Assembly (NCBI RefSeq): GCF_009914755.1
Contig: NC_060928.1
Strand: one strand, 5' to 3'
DNA: 64,000 nt
DNA from: the human T2T-CHM13v2.0 reference genome, Homo sapiens
The notes under the pieces are model-generated. The model was not told the DNA's origin. It did no database searches and saw nothing but the letters and a program-made list of their open reading frames with translations. Of this stretch, positions 61,302-64,000 are shown piece by piece. Both the position numbers and the translations under genes were made by a program. Within the stretch, counting starts at the first letter, position 1. Each line of letters starts with the position of its first letter.

Positions 61302-62261
61302 TGTTAGGGAAACAGGAGCCTAGGAGAGTCAGGGTGACACCACTTTAAAATCAACTCCATCTTAAACCTAATGAGGCACATTCCTTGCCAGTTACCACCT
61401 GTATTAGCCTCTTCTCATGCTGTTAATAAAGACATATTCTAGACTGGATAATTCATAAAAGAAAGAGGTTTAATTGACTCCCAGTTCCGCAGGGATGGGG
61501 AGGGCTCAGAAAATGTAGAATCATGGCAGAAGGGGAAGCAAACACGTCCTTCTGCACATGGTGGCAGCAAGGAGAAGTACAGCAAGGAGAAGTGTGAAGT
61601 GGGGGAAAACCCCTTATAAAGCCATCAGATCTCGTGAGAACTCACGCATTATCACAAGGATAGCATGGAGGTTACCGCCCCCACGATTCGATTACCTCCC
61701 ACTGGGTCTCTCCCATGACACGTGGTGATTATGGGAACTACAGTTCAAGATGAGATTTGGGTGGGGGATACATGGGTGGGACACAGCCAAACCATGTCAC
61801 CACCCATGGTCATAGAATGTTAATAGCTGAGAAAAACGCCTAATGCCTGCAAGGACAAACTCTTATGACAGCAAAATGTCCCAATGTCCCAATATCACAT
61901 AGCAATATATGCTTTTAAAGATAATTATAGTCATGCTGTGGTGTGTTTGTGCACTAAAGTGCCAAGGACAGCTTTCTTTAAACCAACGAGGAATAAATTT
62001 TGTCACACCGTCAGCCCACTGGCGTGTAGACATAATGTAGCTTAGCTTTTACATAGATAAGACCCCTATATAAGAAAAACTTAAGACAAAGATGAGGGGT
62101 TCCTCCTCTTGCTTTCTGAGGATGCCCTACTTTGTATCTGGGTAGGTTTCAGTAAACTCTCTCTCCTCACTGCACTCTGCAACTCACCTTGAATTCTTTC
62201 CTGCACAAGATCCAAGAACTCTTACTTGGGGTCTGGATTGGAACACCTTTTCCTGGCAACA
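61302..62261 (+). mobile_element. ERV1 solo LTR (MER41/MER72-like; name provisional)
   Basis: TGTTAG..TTTAAAATCAACTCCATCTTAAA..TATATAA..TGAATTCTTTCCTGCACAAGATCCAAGAAC..TGGCAACA; 4-bp TSD CTCC. Confidence 0.75.
61400..61799 (-). mobile_element. MaLR solo LTR (THE1-type) nested in the ERV1 LTR
   Basis: TGTATTAG..AATAAAGACAT..GACACAGCCAAACCATGTCA; 5-bp TSD CCACC. Confidence 0.92.
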
Positions 62262-62879
62262 CTCCTATTACACTTGAAATTTCAATCGTATGCCTGTATT
62301 TCTTCTGTTTCAAATGTTAAAAATTTATATGTTTTCCGTGAAAAAAGAGTTGGAATTTTTTTTAAGTTTTAGCTTTTTATGGAGAAAAATTATTAACTAG
62401 AAAATTAGACTATCAGAGAGACTTATAGTTTCACCTCGCTAAGATTTCATTCTCAAACATGGGCCATTACTTTTACTGGAAGTAAAAAATTATATAATTA
62501 TATTGGAACTAGTGTTGAATAATTTTATTTTTGTTCACATAAAGAAACATGAATAAAATACACAATAACTATAACTTAAATCTGAAATAAGCACTAAAAT
62601 TATGTGCACAGCATTCATTTTGCTATTCTGCTGCAAACAGAATATTTTCTTTTCATAGCACCTGCAGTGAAGGTCTCAAAGGAGTCTTGCATGGAAGGGC
62701 ATTGAAGGGGACATGAAATTTTAACTAATACCACGAGCTCACATGCTTCAAACCCAAACTTGCTTATAACCAACCAATGTCACTTCTTAGAGAACAATAT
62801 TACAGGTTTTTAGTATTGTGCTATTGTTTTTCCTTAAATTATGTTTTGTTATCTGAAATCCCAATTAATGGTTTTAGTT

Positions 62880-62987
62880 TTTTTTTAATTTTTGTAAGAC
62901 AGGGTCTTGAACTCCTGGGCTCAAGTGATCCTCCCGCCTCAGCCTCCCAAAGTGCTGGGATTACCGGTGTGAGCCGCCGCACCTGGC
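62880..62987 (-). mobile_element. Alu left-arm fragment
   Basis: GGTCTTGAACTCCTGGGCTCAAGTGATCC..CGCACCTGGC. Confidence 0.9.
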
Positions 62988-63480
62988 TAATGTTTGCTCT
63001 GGACACCATAAGACTTGTTAGCATAATCGTAAGGAGACCCTGAAAATACATATTTTAGCTGCTCCCAGAGTCTCTCTGTGTTTCTACAGGACAGTGGGAA
63101 ACTGATGTAAATAATTAAGAAGCAAATTAATTATTTGTCAGTTACGTACCCATCCTGACTTCCAGCATGGAGACTTAAATGAAAAGCAGAGGCAGCCAGG
63201 TGCCAATTACTTTTACAAGCTTCATTCTTAAGTTGAATTAGGAAAGACTAAGATGTAACCAGATGTATGTATTATCAAGTGATGAAAGTTATCTGCTTTT
63301 TAAAACACTTTTTGATTTAGTCCTCCTAATTTTCCTATGATTGCAACTCCCAAAAAGAATCATAACATAAAACCTACACCTAAGAAAATTCTGTTCTGAT
63401 GCAGGGGAAATTCATCTACTTGCAAAAGCACACTGCAGGATTGCAATTCAGATGTCAAGTTAACCTGATGAGTGATTTGA

Positions 63481-63508
<28 letters not shown>
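63481..63508. repeat. (AC)14 microsatellite
   Basis: Direct reading. Confidence 0.95.
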
Positions 63509-63512
<4 letters not shown>

Positions 63513-64000
63513 TTTGTAAATTAAAAATCTGGAGCAAGCCACAGAACATGGTCCCTTTCAGAAGGGAGTGTCTTTGTTCTGCATAGCTCCTGTCCTGATG
63601 GTGTGGGCACCTCTGAGTGGTCTCTCCATTGTGCTGGACCTGGTTGCTGTAACTAACAATGGGTGGCTCTCCTGGTCTGAAATCTAAAGAGCATGTTAGT
63701 CACCTGCAAGCCTGCTCTTATTTAAAAGAGCTGGTTCACCTCCTTTTTTACATCGTCAAATTAGATCCCCTCAGAGAAATGCCAGAATGTTCAGTTGACA
63801 CATTAACGCTGAATTAAAACTAGCTACAATTTCCAACTTGCAGATGGTGGTGAGACCAAAGGTAATAACAATGAATTTGTCATTCAGCCACAAGGGATTG
63901 ATGCAGCCAATTAAGGCTACTCTCTGCCCATGAGATTCTGCTCAGGTTTTCTACTCCATCGTGACTAGGGGAGATCACCGGAAGGGATGATTTCTTCCAC

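Overview
This is primate, most likely human, non-coding genomic DNA; I cannot assign a chromosome from the sequence alone. I find no supportable protein-coding gene, RNA gene, CRISPR array or prokaryotic feature. Most listed ORFs are by-products of Alu, L1, LTR, VNTR or microsatellite sequence, and the remainder show no recognisable homology. The window holds about 36 Alu elements or fragments, a 5'-truncated L1MA-type element with target-site duplications (TSDs), and older L1/L2/MIR/DNA-transposon remnants. It also has more than 20 solo LTRs (ERV1, MaLR, ERVL), several of them nested, including about ten related MER34/MER39-type copies. There are four VNTRs (46, 28, 36 and 36/34 bp units) plus a compound CA minisatellite. 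The most striking unexplained structure is a 300-bp inverted repeat of apparently non-transposon sequence (30558-30857 / 30977-31276, 296/300 identical). An exact 64-bp tandem duplication spans its AT-rich spacer, which suggests a recent fold-back/template-switch event able to form a cruciform or a long dsRNA. Two of the VNTRs grew from defined parts of LTRs. Repeat subfamily names are from recall of consensus sequences, not a database search, so treat them as provisional. Nothing here demonstrates a new biological system; the findings are structural leads.
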